In this document: one piece after another, positions 26,980-40,059 of the stretch | How the letters are laid out: the number at the start of each line of letters is the position of its first letter | How positions within the stretch are numbered: the stretch's first letter is position 1 | Source: Octopus bimaculoides | Lineage: Eukaryota | Assembly (NCBI RefSeq): GCF_001194135.2 | Contig: NC_068982.1 | Span: 49,523,990 to 49,587,989, forward strand | Length of the DNA stretch: 64,000 nt | Reading direction: 5' to 3' | Program-made: the position numbers and the translations under genes | The notes under the pieces: generated by a model | What the model was told of the DNA's origin: nothing | The model's database searches: none | Seen by the model: the letters and a program-made list of their open reading frames with translations, nothing else

Positions 26980-27290
26980 CCCAAGAGCTTTCATCACTTA
27001 ATGCCCACCTTCTATGCTAGCATGGGTGGGACAGTTTTACAAGAGCTGGCCAGGCAGAAGCCTGCACCAGACTTCTGTGACTGTTTTGGCAGGATTTTTA
27101 CAGCTGGATGCCCTTCCTAACACTAACCACTCAACAGAGTGAACTTATGGCGTTTTGCATGGCACAAGCACTGGCAAGGTAAGTTTTGCCAAGGTTTTTA
27201 TTGCTGGATGCCCTTCCAAACACCAACCACTTTACAGTGTGAACTGGGTGCTTTTAAGTGGCACCTGCACTGACAGAGTCACTTGCAAGA
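26980..27290 (-). mobile_element. RTE-type 3' tail (LINE 3'UTR or SINE tail)
   Basis: Reverse of GGTTGGCGTTAGGAAGGGCATCCAGCTGTA...CCCATGCCAGCATGGAA...(GAT)n. Other copies at 18870-19060, 31230-31350, 31430-31660, 37970-38110, 49056-49343, 52700-52900, 61740-61860. Confidence 0.75.
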
Positions 27291-27959
27291 CAGGAAAAAA
27301 ACAAATGCTTTCAAGAAGGGAAGAGGCATCGGAGGAGGTGATCTTGTATATTTTATTGATAGTATAGGAACTTTATTAACTAAGTCCACCTTAGCATAAA
27401 GGAGTGTTACACAGGCTAAAAGTGTTTTTGCTTGATAGACTAAATTTAGTTCAGCCATCCCTCATGGATACATATAGACACACAGATATAAACAGGGTCT
27501 ATTAATTTGAATTCTTTCACAAGGCAATGATTACCCAAAAACTATGGCACAGGATACAGGTGTTATATTGTCAAGCTGAATTCAAAACAACAATTTTGAA
27601 GTGAGCTTCTTAACCACACAGCTATGCCAGTGTCCTCAATAGCTTAAACATCCAATATTGTTTCCAAAACTGACTAATTTTTATAAATTGTTTTTGATTA
27701 TTTATTCATAAAAATACTTAAATATCTGAATCTTTAATCAAATATTATAGTCAAGAAAAACTGTTTGAATTACTTCAATATCTAATTTGTATAATTTTTC
27801 ACGCTTCTTTTTTTCTTTTCTGCTAAAGTCTAAGAAATTCTTGCAGTAATTTCATTCAAAGTAAAACAGAAATGAAACAGTTAGTAAGAAAAAGGCTGGT
27901 CGAGGAATTAAAGTCTTCATTTGTAATAAATATATTTGCTTTAGTCAAAAACATTATAT

Positions 27960-28250
27960 GCTTTGGCGGACGTGCAATGTAGAGTGTGCATCAACAACAA
28001 AGTACAAATGTTTAGAGAGAAACACTGGGCAGGAGAGATCAGAAAATAGCATGCAAGAAAGAAGACTGCACGCATAAAGATGAGGACAGCTAAAGAGGAG
28101 TGCTGATCACTGAAGGTTGATAGATCCCATGGAAGGGAGAGACCTAGGAAGACATGAGAAAAATTCCTGAAGGGTGATCTAAGGACTTCAAGAATTAGGT
28201 GACAAAGAACTGGGATGACTGAAAATATACGGTGCTTTGTAGACCATTAC
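27960..28250 (+). mobile_element. RTE LINE 3' ORF remnant
   Basis: Decayed versions of the H..R..EDS..K, GRGRPRKTW..V..DL and terminal WR.AV motifs. Confidence 0.65.
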
Positions 28251-28316
28251 AGCATAACTGAGATTCTAGAAACATAATGTAGGCATACACAAACATATAT
28301 AAATATATATGTGCAT

Positions 28317-29124
28317 ATACAAAATTAAGATGAATGACCATTAAAAGGGAACACCTAATATGCTAAATACAGATGTCAAATCACCATTACTACGAAGAGT
28401 GTGTTCTCAAGAAAAAATTTCAGCAAAATGTAAAATGAGCAAGACAAATGAAAATATACATCTATTTTTAGCATATTCGGAGTCCACTTTAGTGGTCATT
28501 TATCTTAATTTTGTATGTAATATAATTTTTAATCTTCAGATTTTTTAAATATTCTAAACCACTGGTTTTAATTTATTAATATCAATTTCTACCCTCATTA
28601 TCTAATTTTAAATAAAAATGTTCTCTAACTGGTAAATTAGCTGCTGAAATTTATTAACTGCAGAGTTATTTCTGGCCTCAGCACGCCAAAGAGAAGACAT
28701 TTGAAAAATACACCCAAATATAATTTGTAGAACTTTATACATGCTCTCTTTCGGGTGAGTGTTCTGTGTCTATTTTTAGAAATTGTGTTTTGTAAGCGAC
28801 TGACTATGCTGATGACCTTGCAGAGATTTACATATGTAAATATTAACAAGTAAAAAACCATGGTATGTAGGTAATCGTTTTTTTATTTCGTATATTTTCA
28901 TTTGTCTTGCTCATTTTTACATTTTGGTGTTTGCTGAAATTTTTTCTTGAGAACACACTCTTCATGGTAATGGCGCTTTGACATCTACATTTAGCATATT
29001 AGGAGTTCACTTTAGTGGTCATTCCTCTTAATTTTGTATATAATATAATTTTTAATCTTCGGAATTTTTAAATATGCTAAGCCACTGGTTTTAATTGATC
29101 AATATCAATTTCTACCCTCATTAT
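28317..29124. repeat. Fold-back duplication: 28317-28459 inverted vs 28890-29039; 28459-28601 direct vs 28982-29124
   Basis: Aligned by eye: shared blocks GAAGAGTGTGTTCTCAAGAAAAAATTTCAGC and CCACTGGTTTTAATT..AATATCAATTTCTACCCTCATTAT. Confidence 0.85.
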
Positions 29125-30039
29125 TTAATATATATATATATATAGTAATAATATTAGGGAATAAAAAATATATTCCAACCTTACAGGCAAAAATTGGCAT
29201 ATTATACCAGGTTTCCTAATATATAATATATACGTATATAACTAATTTAGAGACAACCCAGTCAACTCAGAACCCGTCCAAATCCATGCTGTGAGGCATA
29301 TACCATCTTAATATATCTAATATTTTAATCCAAAAAATTAAATTAAATAACATATTACATAAATAAATCATAGAAATATTAATTTTAAAAATTCAAAAGT
29401 CAAATTTATAAATTGGACAGTAAAAATTAATACAATAATATACAGTATGGAAGTATAAATGTTTAAAAGTTAGTGCTAGTATATAGACTATGCGCGTTCC
29501 ATGGCTGAGATAGGACTATATAAAATCATAAGAAAATTCTATCCGAGTTCATTAGAACGGGGAAATGATTTTACTCCCAAAATCAGTCACTCTTCAGGTC
29601 AAATCCCTAAGAAAATACCTAAAATCATTAAAGGAATAAACATAAACATGAGAAATAAAAATATATATAAAGAGACAAAATCTGTAAACTAATCCCTACA
29701 TTAACGGTATTAATATAATTATTAAGAGTTACAATCTAAAAATATTATAGTATTATAGCAAACAAGGTTAAAACATTATGGAATAAGTAGATAATACTAA
29801 AAAAAAAATGTGTTAGTGTACAAAGTTACTAAAAGACGGATGTCAATATTGTTCATAAAATTAAAATAAGAAAACATGACTTATCTGCCGGCTGCTATTT
29901 GTAGATTAAAACAAAATGGCTGTGCTATAGAATTCTAACTAAAAGGTAACGTGATAAATATGGCGTCTATTACCCAGAAGTCCATTCGTATTATAATTAC
30001 TAAAATAATAACGAAAATATCGAAAAAGAAAATCTACCT

Positions 30040-30820
30040 AAAATAAAACGTAGAGTTCATTAAATTTCTGTTCTTAAAACAATTCATATGTTGGGCCACC
30101 CAGGATTTAATTTTATTGGAAGTCGATCCAATGTAAATAGTATTTATGTTATCATAATTACTACAGTTATTATCCTTCAAAATCACTATACATTTATATA
30201 CTACGTCCTCAACGTTACATCTATTATTAAATTTACATTTAGTCTTATCTCTACAATTACAATCAATTATATTTTGAACTCCAGTGGAGGTATTACTTAA
30301 TATATTATTGTAAAGCTTATTTAATTTAAATTTATTAAAGGATGAAATGATATTGCCAACATTATTAGTGGTAGAGTAACCAACTTCAAAATTACTGCTA
30401 GAAAATGTGTCCTTATATTTCTTGTTGTCTTTAATAAATATGCTTCATTATAATACGGTGCAAGTTTATTGAATATCTCATAGATGGAAGAAAGTACTGA
30501 AATTCTTTTCCCTATATTATTTACTAATGCTTTCTTAATAGAAGGAGGATGGTTACTCTTAGCGTTAATATATTTCAGGTTTTCGTTAATTTTATGGTAA
30601 GGTTGGGTTATACCTGTTATTAAGTTGAAATTTCCATCTAAGTAGTTGACATTGCTATATTCGTTATAAATTGTAATCCTAAGCCCATTTCTTTTAAAGA
30701 AACTGTATATTTTCTTCTTATATATTTCTAAAGTTCTATTCGTGCTATTTTTTGTTATTAGTAGGAGGTCATATCTGTATAATCCACTAAGGAAATGTAG
30801 TGAAGTTGTAATATGTTAAC
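30040..30820 (-). mobile_element. Penelope-like element RT C-terminus plus GIY-YIG endonuclease, decayed (CxCx5C linker type)
   Basis: Minus translation: SGLYRYDLLLI (YRDD mutated)..NYLDGNFNL..PYHK / YINAKSNHPPSIKKALVNNIGKRISVLSS..FNKLAPYYNEA / TFSSSNFEVGYSTTNNVGNIISSFNK..DCNCRDKTKCKFNNRCNVEDVVYKCIV..IYIGSTSNKIKSWVAQH. Confidence 0.9.
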
Positions 30821-31906
30821 AGTAGTCCCACTGCGTGGCACCTTGGGCAAATGTCTTCTACTATAGCCTCGGGCCGACCAAAGCCTTGTAAGTGGATTTG
30901 GTAGACGGAAACTGAAAGAAGCCCGTCGTATATATGTATATATATATGTGTGTGTTTGTCCCCCCCAACATCGCTTGACAACCAATGCTGATGTGTTTAC
31001 GTCCCCCTAACTTAGTGGTTCGACAAGAGAGACCGATAGAATAAGTACTGGGCTTACAAAGAGTAAGTCCTGGGGTCGATTTGCTCGACTACAGGTGGTG
31101 CTCCAGCATGGCCACAGTCACATGACTGAAACAAGTAAAAGAGAGTATTATATTTTATGATAGTAGGTGAGCTGGCAGAATCGTTAGCATGTTGGCTGAA
31201 AAGCTTAGCGGCATTTCGTCTGTCTTTAGGAAAGGTATCCAGCTGGATAAACCATGCTAAATCTGACATTAGAACTTGCTTAGCCCAGTGACTCACAAGA
31301 TCCTGTCAAACCATCCAACTCATCTCAGCAGGGAAAATGGATGGTAAATGATGATGATGATGATATATGCACATAAACACACACTCATACTTATACAAAG
31401 GCAAGAATACATAAATACATGTAAAAAGCACACATGCTGGGGCCACATAATCATACCTTTGCCAGTGCCATGTAAGTGCACCTGTGCTGTGGCCACATAA
31501 AAAGCACACTCTGTGAAATGGTTGTCATTAGGAAGGATGTTCAGCCAAAGAAACCAGGCCAAGTCAGACTGGAACCTGGTGCTGTGCTCCTATTTGCCAG
31601 CTCTGGTCAAACTGTCCAACTCATGCTAGCATGGAAAATGGACATTAAAGGATGATAACAGAATACACACAGACAAACACACAGTACACATACATACATA
31701 TATAGACATGTACGTATGTATGATGTACAGTGGCAGAATACTGATTCTGCCAATCACAATAAACAGACGTATCTAATAATTTATAAATTTTCAGTGATTT
31801 CATTCGACTTTTACATGAAAACACAACAGCACATACATGAGGTGTGCAGTTTTGAATGTGGACACTATATTTGCTATTATGAATAGTATTATAGTTTTCA
31901 CTTCCA

Positions 31907-31941
<35 letters not shown>

Positions 31942-32384
31942 AGATAGAAGGGTTTAATGAAATTTGCTCCTTGACACAAGATAAAAGGTAACTGGACAAA
32001 TATATTTATCGATTCAAATAGAAAGAGTCCTGCAGCTAAATACTTGTATTCATCTAAATACAAGTCATTCACAACAGCAATAACATACTGACAGCATGTT
32101 TACAAAGTTCATTATGTGCATACATACTTCTTATATATATCATCATCATCATCATCATCATCGTTTAACGTCCGCTTTCCATGCTAGCNNNNNNNNNNAT
32201 ATATATACATATGTGTGTGTGTGTATATATATGATGAGGATTGTAATGTGTGTGTGTGTGTGTATTCATATATATACATATATATACCTACACAAAAGAA
32301 CATACAGTCACATACATACACAATATACCTTTTTAACACAAACTAAAATGAAAATTTGTTATTCACTTGACATTTTGCTGTTTA

Positions 32385-32428
<44 letters not shown>

Positions 32429-33765
32429 CATGAATATACATGTATGTATATATGTATGTGTGTGTAAACACACACATGCACACACACTATCACATACATA
32501 TTCTTTTCCTTTATCTTTTGGTTGTGCACATCTGTAGTACATATATGTGCATTTTCATAGTGTGCATATGTATGTAGGCGTGGGGTGGGGGTGAACATAC
32601 GCATCTTTGAGAAAACGGAAGACGTTTCTTTCTATTCCTTTTCATTCACCACAAGTAATGAAGTGAAAAATAAAGACGAGCGAAAGTGAATTGGAGAAAT
32701 ATTAATTTTCTCTAGAGCAAATACTACAATTTTTATGCAGATGATGGAATAATAATAATAATAATAATGATGATGATGATGGCGATGATAATTTTGAAAA
32801 AAAAAAAAATCTAAATAGTAAAAGGAACTTTAATTTTCTGGTTGAAGAATTTGACAAAGCCATAAGGATGAGTTCTTATGACATATTGCGTTTCACAGAT
32901 CAACTTTTTATAATATTATAGAAAAGCAGAAAAATATAGCACAAAGGGTTCTTTATCTAAAATGTTAAAGGTTAAACTATACTCTGCTGGGATGATTAAA
33001 TGAATTCAACAAATTTTGTTGCTTATTGTAAAGAATCTAATAGCAAAGATGATATAAGAATCTCTCTCACACATTCTATGTGAAATGTAATATTAAAAAT
33101 ATCCAAGCACATATGAACAATGTATATGTGTATAATTTGCATGTGCTTTTTTTGAGTGTGTATAACCTTTTATTTGTTTCAGTCATTAGACTGTGACCAT
33201 GCTGGAGGGGGGGGGGCACATTGAAGAAATTTAGTCAAACCATATTTTATTGACAATTTTTGCTGAACTGCTAAGTTACAGAGACATAAACACCCCAGCA
33301 CCAGTTGTCAAGTAGTGACATTACACACACAGATATTTACTCTATAGTATTTGGGTGTGCATATTACTCCGACCTAACAAGGTGCCGCAATTTAAGTACC
33401 TAATTCAACTGAATCTCAATTGTATTTATATATATATATATATATATCCATACAATGGGCTTATTTCAGTTTCTATTTACCATATCCACTCACAAGGCCT
33501 TGGTCGACCTGAGGCTATCGTAGAAGACACTTGCCCAAGGTGCCACGTAGTGGGAGTGAACCCAGAACCTAGTAGTTGTGAAGCAAATTTCTTACCACAT
33601 AGCCATACCAGCACCTATGCATGTATATATTTGTCAAGTTAGTGTACAGTGTTGTGTTTATGTCTTAATAAAAAATATTTTATGATGTGTATATTTATTC
33701 TGTTTACCAGTTTAATGTTGAGCTGTTTTACTTCTCTGACCACTGATCTGCTTTGTAAATATGGT

Positions 33766-34092
33766 GTGAAGGTGTGTGGTCAAGTGGTTAGGGTATTTGG
33801 CTCACAATCATAAGGTTGTGAGTTCGATTCCTGGTGGCACATTGTGTCCTTGAGCAAGACACATTATTTCATATTGCTCTAGTCCACTTAGCTGGCAAAA
33901 CTGAGTACTACCTGTATTTCAGAAGGCCAGCCTTGTCACATTCTTTGTCAAACTGAATCTCTCTCAAAACTACGCTTAGGGTTTGTGTGTCTGTGGAGTG
34001 TTCAGCCACTTGCATGTTAATTTCAAGAGCAGGCTGTTGCATTGATCGGATCTGCTGGAACCCTTGTTGTCATAACGAATGGAGTGCCAGTT
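33766..34092 (+). mobile_element. tRNA-derived SINE family C (tRNA head, GTGTCCTTGAGCAAGACAC central domain, long 3' tail)
   Basis: A-box/B-box-like head (TGGTCAAGTGG; GAGTTCGATTCC). The tail is homologous to the SINE at 54929-55319. Confidence 0.8.
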
Positions 34093-34132
34093 GAAAATAT
34101 AATAATCACTTGCCATATCGCGGTTCACTTAC

Positions 34133-34263
34133 CGTGCTCTCAGCACATCATGGATTTTTCTGGCTAATATATGTAAATTTATATCACGGACTCCATAGTA
34201 TATCGTGGGTTTCTGTGGCATATATCCACTTCTTTTTTTCTTTTTAGTAGAAGACAATTCCTC
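34133..34263 (-). CDS. Internal coding exon of an unidentified gene (phase 0->2): EELSSTKKKKRSGYMPQKPTIYYGVRDINLHILARKIHDVLRA(R)
   Basis: Acceptor tttactaatag, consensus donor CG|GTAAGT, 131 nt, open frame, non-repetitive protein-like sequence. Product not recognised. Confidence 0.7.
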
Positions 34264-34351
34264 CTATTAGTAAATAGCTCAGAATATCTTAAAATTAAAT
34301 TAGTTAAAAAAAAAAAATTACATACATACACATACGCATACATACATATTG

Positions 34352-34389
<38 letters not shown>

Positions 34390-35082
34390 AACATACATAT
34401 GTACATACACAAGCACACATGCATGCTGAGGAACACACATGCACAGAAACAGACAAATGGAATGCAGCTCCAATAACAGAGTCAACATCCATTGAAAAGG
34501 TTGCAAAAGCAATGAAAATTTTTCAAAAAAATAATATAACAAATGAGTGGAAATTGAACCAGTGTGTGTGTTAGATAATAAGATGTTAAGAGAATATGAC
34601 TCTCTCTAGACACAAAAAAAAATTATTTTGTTTATTTAACCAAACATGCACAAATGCACTCTATCTATACAAGGAAAAAATTCCAGGAGTGTATAGGGAA
34701 ATATGACCACATTTAATTTCCATAAAACTATAAGACAAATTCTGTTATATCTAGAGCTTTGAAATTTAGTAACTAAACAAAAAGAATACAACTATAACAT
34801 AATCAACAATTTTGCAGTAAATTTTCACCTGCATTATGAAATAAATATAAACATAGAGGAGCCTTATACATAAAAATACTATCATATATAAAAAAAACCC
34901 TCATATAAAATAACTATCACGGAAAAAGAATACTTCACCAGCTTTATTATGAAACATTCTTTCCAGACTCCAATGATAAAGTTATGAATCTACTTTTGTA
35001 CAAATTCATCTAAAAATGAGGAGACTTTTGAAATTTAGAAAAAAACTTCCTGTATAAATTGCATATTTGTTTTGGCATTCTT

Positions 35083-35134
35083 TCAAATGTAGAAGAGAGC
35101 AATCCTCCTCAGGTCTGACCATTTCCAATGTCTT
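35083..35134 (-). CDS. Candidate terminal exon (phase-2 start): (R)RHWKWSDLRRIALFYI*
   Basis: Very strong (CT)n-cag acceptor at 35135. The phase-2 frame gives a protein-like peptide and a stop. The phase-0 frame is also open (KTLEMVRPEEDC...), so the frame is uncertain. Confidence 0.35.
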
Positions 35135-36374
35135 CTGAAGAGAGAGGGGGAGCGAGAGCGAAAGAGAGAGAGGGAGCGAGAGAGAAAGAGAGAGAGAGAC
35201 ACACACACACAAAGAAAGAGAAAGGAAAAGAATCATTTCTAACATTGGATAGCTACTTTATTTATCAACAACCCTGAAAGGATGGACAACAAAGTTAACC
35301 TTGGCAACATTTGAACTCAGAGTACACAGATAACCAGAATGAATAACACATGGCAATCTATTTAATGCTTGAACAAATCAGTCAATTTACTTTCTTACAC
35401 ATTAGATATCTTATGGGAACAAAACAGGTAGAATAAAAAATTCTTCAACAACCATCAGAGAAAATAAAAAAGAAAAAATAACTAGTCCTCATGGTAAAAT
35501 ACATATGCTTAACTGTATGTTCTAAGTACACTCCAGAAATATTAGTAGTATTTTTCTGTCCTTATGTTTGTCTGTCCCTGATATGCATACTAAAACAATT
35601 AGATGCTATGGTGGTTTCATTATGCCTGAATTTCATGGAAATACCAACAGATCATTTAGTTAGTTGATCTGTGATTTGTCACTATTGAGTGGAAACATTA
35701 ACAGGTGTTGAGTTAGTTAAATATTGAGTAGAAATGTCCATAAATTTTAAGTTATAAATTTTATGTTACATATAACAATATATTTGTATGTATATTTTAT
35801 TATTTATTACATCTTACAGAGGCACATGTATTTTATTCAGTTAATCCCTTTCAATAAAGTTTGCAGCAAGCAATAAACTATAAAACTGAATATTTATTAC
35901 CTGTGGGTTTTCTGAAGGTGTGTATCAGTTATAAACATAAAATAATTGGATATTTGGGATTGCCACAAAAATAAAACAAAATCACTTTCTAAATAAAAGG
36001 GCATAAATAGCAGATAGCATTTCAATATAACAATAAAAGTATTCTGTTCTTAGCATCTTATTGAAATTGACGACAATTCCTTACGATGCTGTCTCCGAAT
36101 TTAAGATTTCAATTTAACTGACTAACTGTTGCCAATCATCAGATTATCAGCCAGAATTGCAAATGGCAAAAATAAGCAGCAAATGCTTGCCAAGTGATAT
36201 TTATGGCCTTGTTATAACCCACAAATCATTAATACTCTTGAGACATATTACACAAACACTCTTATATACTATATGGCCAGATCATTAAATATGTTCACAA
36301 AGCCATTCCCTATATTATTAACAGAGAAAGAATTCCCAAGAAATTTTGAAGAAATTCTTCACGATGAAGACTTT

Positions 36375-36947
36375 AGGCTTTATCTCTAAAAGCTTAAGAA
36401 CTGCCATTATCTCTATAATTGTCATTCACTTCTTGCAAGTTATTGGTAAAATAATTGTCTATGTATATAAGATAAAAGATGAATATTTTTTGTATATAAG
36501 AGGACAACTAATTCACCTGCCAAAACCGATGAGTATGAAACCTAGATGAGTGCCTAGTCATTTTTTTATGATCATACAACATTGAAAGCCTATTTATATG
36601 TATGTGTTCCCGTTCAAATCATCATACACATTAGGAAATGTATATCGACACCCAATTTTTCTCTCACTTCAATTGAATTGCTTTTCTTCTGTAAATGAAA
36701 CTTTCTTGCAGAATCTTTTTGATCATAGTTGAAACTCATTGATCAAACTCACATTCAGTCTTAATGTCACCCTTTTAGGTTTCATCCCCACCAACTTTAG
36801 CAGGTGAATTAGTTGTCCAGTTATATACAAAAAAAATTATCTGTTATCTTGTATACATATACAATTTTTTAATCATCAATAACTTACAAGAAGTGAATGA
36901 CAATTATGGAGAAAATGGAAGTTCTTAAGCCTTTAGAGATAAAGCTT
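36375..36947. repeat. Long fold-back element: about 170-bp inverted arms (36375-36544 / 36776-36947) around an about 230-bp spacer
   Basis: Shared blocks GCTTTATCTCTAAA.GCTTAAGAACT, ATAATTGTCATTCACTTCTTG.AAGTTATTG, GGACAACTAATTCACCTGC and ATGAAACCTA on both arms. Confidence 0.85.
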
Positions 36948-38332
36948 ATAGGATTTGTTTTCAAAGGACTAGGAAAAAAACAAAACTAAAATATTAATTG
37001 TCATTATTTAAGACTCTGTAAAAAAAATCTAAATCTTAAAAGAGAAAAAAGAGGGATATATATTCTGAAGAGACTAGGTCTTCTTTCTAATACAAAAATG
37101 TTGGGTCATACTCTCAGCCTGGTCATATTTTAAGGGTTAAATATTTACTAGCAAGCTTAACATCAATATTAAACTCTCATTTATCAATGGGAATACACAG
37201 TTCTCTTGCAGCTGCAATGTATAGAAAGCTCTCAAACCACTTTAATTAAAGAACTGCCTGTCTTCTTATACACCTTAAAAGCCTTAAATGGAACCTCATT
37301 TAAAATTAAAGAGGCAATGATTAAAGAGGCAATGCTTAAGTTAGTTTCGTTTATCTGGTGAAAACTTAGTAGTTCAAATAACTGGAATAGAAACACTTTC
37401 AGCTAACAATACATGAACTGCCATCTAATTATATAAGAAAATGAACATGATAAACACAAAGATGCTGATACAAACTTCTTCAAAGAAAACACTAACAACA
37501 AAATCAACAACATGTGTATGCACACAATTGAGCAACTTGATTAAAAAGATCGACTTTCTGATACATTACTTATATATTAGAAAAAAGCAGCAAGGTGGCA
37601 GAATCGTTAGCACATCAGGCAAAATGCTTAGCAGCATTTCGTCAGTCTTTAAGTTCAAATCCTGCTGAGGTCAACATTGTCTTTCATGCTTTTGAAGTCA
37701 ATAAAATAAGTACCAGCTGAACACTGGGGTCCAATGTAATCATCTAACTCCCATCCCCCCAAATTGCTGGTCTTGTGCCAACATTTGTAAACATCATACA
37801 TTAAAAAAGTATGAAACCCAAAGAATTGTGGTATGCAAGTTTTTCTATCATCAGGACTGATGAAAACTTTGAAGTCAGTTATGAAAATAGCTATCTCCAT
37901 ATTTAATTACTAAACATCAAAACCTACTTCAAAACAACGACAGCAATCCTGTCACCACTACTGTCACCATCATTGTTTAGTGTTCGTCTTCCATACTGGC
38001 ACGAATCCTACAGTTTGACTGAATCCAATAGGTCAAAGAACTGAACTGTGTTCCAGTATCTGCTTTGGCATGGTTTACATGGACGGACACCCTTCATAAT
38101 CCTTTCTACTAAAAGCACAAGGCCCAAAATTTGGAGGGGAGGAAACTAGTCAATTACATGGAGCCCATTGTCCCACTGACACTTAATTTATCAACCCTGA
38201 AAGGATTAAAGGCAAAGTCGACCTTGGCAGAATTTGAACCCAGAACATGAAGACAGGCAGACAAAATACTGCTAAGCATTTTGCCCAGTATGCTAAGGAT
38301 TCTACCAGCTCACCACCTTAATCAATGATAAA

Positions 38333-38382
<50 letters not shown>

Positions 38383-39859
38383 TAATAATGATGATAATAA
38401 TGATAATATTGTTATGTAGTGAACAATATTTCGACATCTTGTGTGTCTTCAACTGGTTCAAAAAATAAATTTGTCAATCTACTTCATTTTGGCTAATATA
38501 GAAAGGGTTGAGGTAGGAGGAGTTACCTCAATCCTTTCTATATTAATTAATTAATAATAATAATAATAATCCTTTCTGCTAAAGGCACAAAGCTTGAGGG
38601 AGGAACCAGTTAATTACATTGACCCCAGTATTTCACTCGTACTTAATTTATTGACCCTGAAAGGATTAAAGGCAAAGCCTTTGTGTTTGTCCTTCCACAA
38701 CAACTTAATGACCAGTGTTGGTTTCTTTACATCCACATAACTTCAGTGGTTTAGCAAAAGAAAACAACAGGATAAGAACTAGGCTTCTACTTTATGCACA
38801 AACACACACACGCACACACACAGGCATGGTTGTGGGGTTAAGAAGTTTGCCTCCCAACCATATGGTTTCAGGTCCAATCCTACTGCATGATACCTTGGGT
38901 AAGTGTTTTCTATTATAGCCCTAGGTTGACATATGCTTTGTAAATGAATTTGGTAGAGAGAAACTGTGTAGAACCCCACTGTATGTATGCATGTGTGTGT
39001 GTGTGTGTGTGAGAGTATATGCATATGTATGTGCGTTCCCTTCCACACCACCTGACAACCAGTATTGGTTTGTTTGCATCCCTGTAACTTAGTGGCTCAG
39101 CAAAAGAGATTGATAGGATACTACCTGACTTGAAATATGTTCCAGTGGGGATGTGACAAATTGTTCAACTAAACCCTTGAAGGCCGCAATGAAATGACTG
39201 AAACAAACACATGCACACACACAACACACACATGCACACACAACACACACATGCACACAAATACAAACACATACGCATAAACACACACACACACATACAT
39301 GCATAATTAAAGCTTAGATATGATTATTGAAGTTTTCAAGTAAACCATGTCTGTTAAACATTAATTCTCATGACATTATGCTACACTATGTCATAAATCA
39401 TCTTAAAGACAGACATGAACACAAGGATGAATGTCTGCTGCATTTCAGATTCTCCCGTGGAATATGTGCAAGACCTGAAGCAATGAACTTGTGATTTTCA
39501 AATTCATTTACATGAAATTTTCTATTGAATAAAAACGACCCCTCAACATTATAATATTAGCCGTGGATCAACACAGTGCTGCAGTTTATCTAAAAAGTAT
39601 CACAAGCTTTTTTTGCCTCAGATTTTATGTATGTGTGTGTGTGTGCATGTGTACGTGTGTGTGTGTAGTGTCTTTATAGTGAAATGTTGTATAGTTAATG
39701 TCAGTCGTTCACACAGCTAACTAAACTTTTACTAACTGTTAATGCTATTCTGGTGGATCTGATCTTTTTTGATACCTCGTCTCTTAGTTAATATCAGTCT
39801 CACACAATGCTATATGACGTTTAACTGCGAGGAAGCTATAGTCAAACTTTAATTATGTT

Positions 39860-40059
39860 AATACAGTTCTATATTTAAGAGATGAGGAATTATTTACATT
39901 ATTTACATTTGACGGATATTCGTCCTCATCTTGTTTCTTGTTAACACAACGTTTCGGCTGATATACCCTCCAGCCTTCGTCAGGTGTCTTGGGGAAATTT
40001 CGAACCTGGGTTCTCATTCCTATCGATGTTACTATTATTATTATAAATAATGTAAATAA
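39860..40059 (-). mobile_element. 200-bp non-autonomous PLE-derived (pLTR-like) element with 12-bp TSD
   Basis: TTTAATTATGTT at 39848-39859 and 40060-40071. Internal 17-bp inversion 39889-39905 vs 40044-40060. Carries a hammerhead motif. Confidence 0.75.
39944..39987 (-). ncRNA. Minimal type I hammerhead ribozyme motif
   Basis: Minus strand ACAC-CTGACGA-A-GGCTG(GAGGGTATAT)CAGCC-GAAA-C-GTT-GTGT. Stem I ACAC/GTGT, 5-bp stem II, loopless palindromic stem III (AACGTT), GUU triplet. Confidence 0.8.

Noticed and set aside
28300-30820. Very AT-rich block that first suggested a mitochondrial insertion (NUMT)
   Set aside because: No mitochondrial protein, rRNA or tRNA motifs; translation instead gives Penelope RT and GIY-YIG motifs.
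36240-36440. Protein-like plus frame FPRNFEEILHDEDFRLYL
   Set aside because: Runs into the non-coding fold-back arm and has stops; no splice sites.
37855-37900. CTGATGA...GAAA spacing suggestive of a hammerhead
   Set aside because: No coherent stems II/III or NUH triplet in register.
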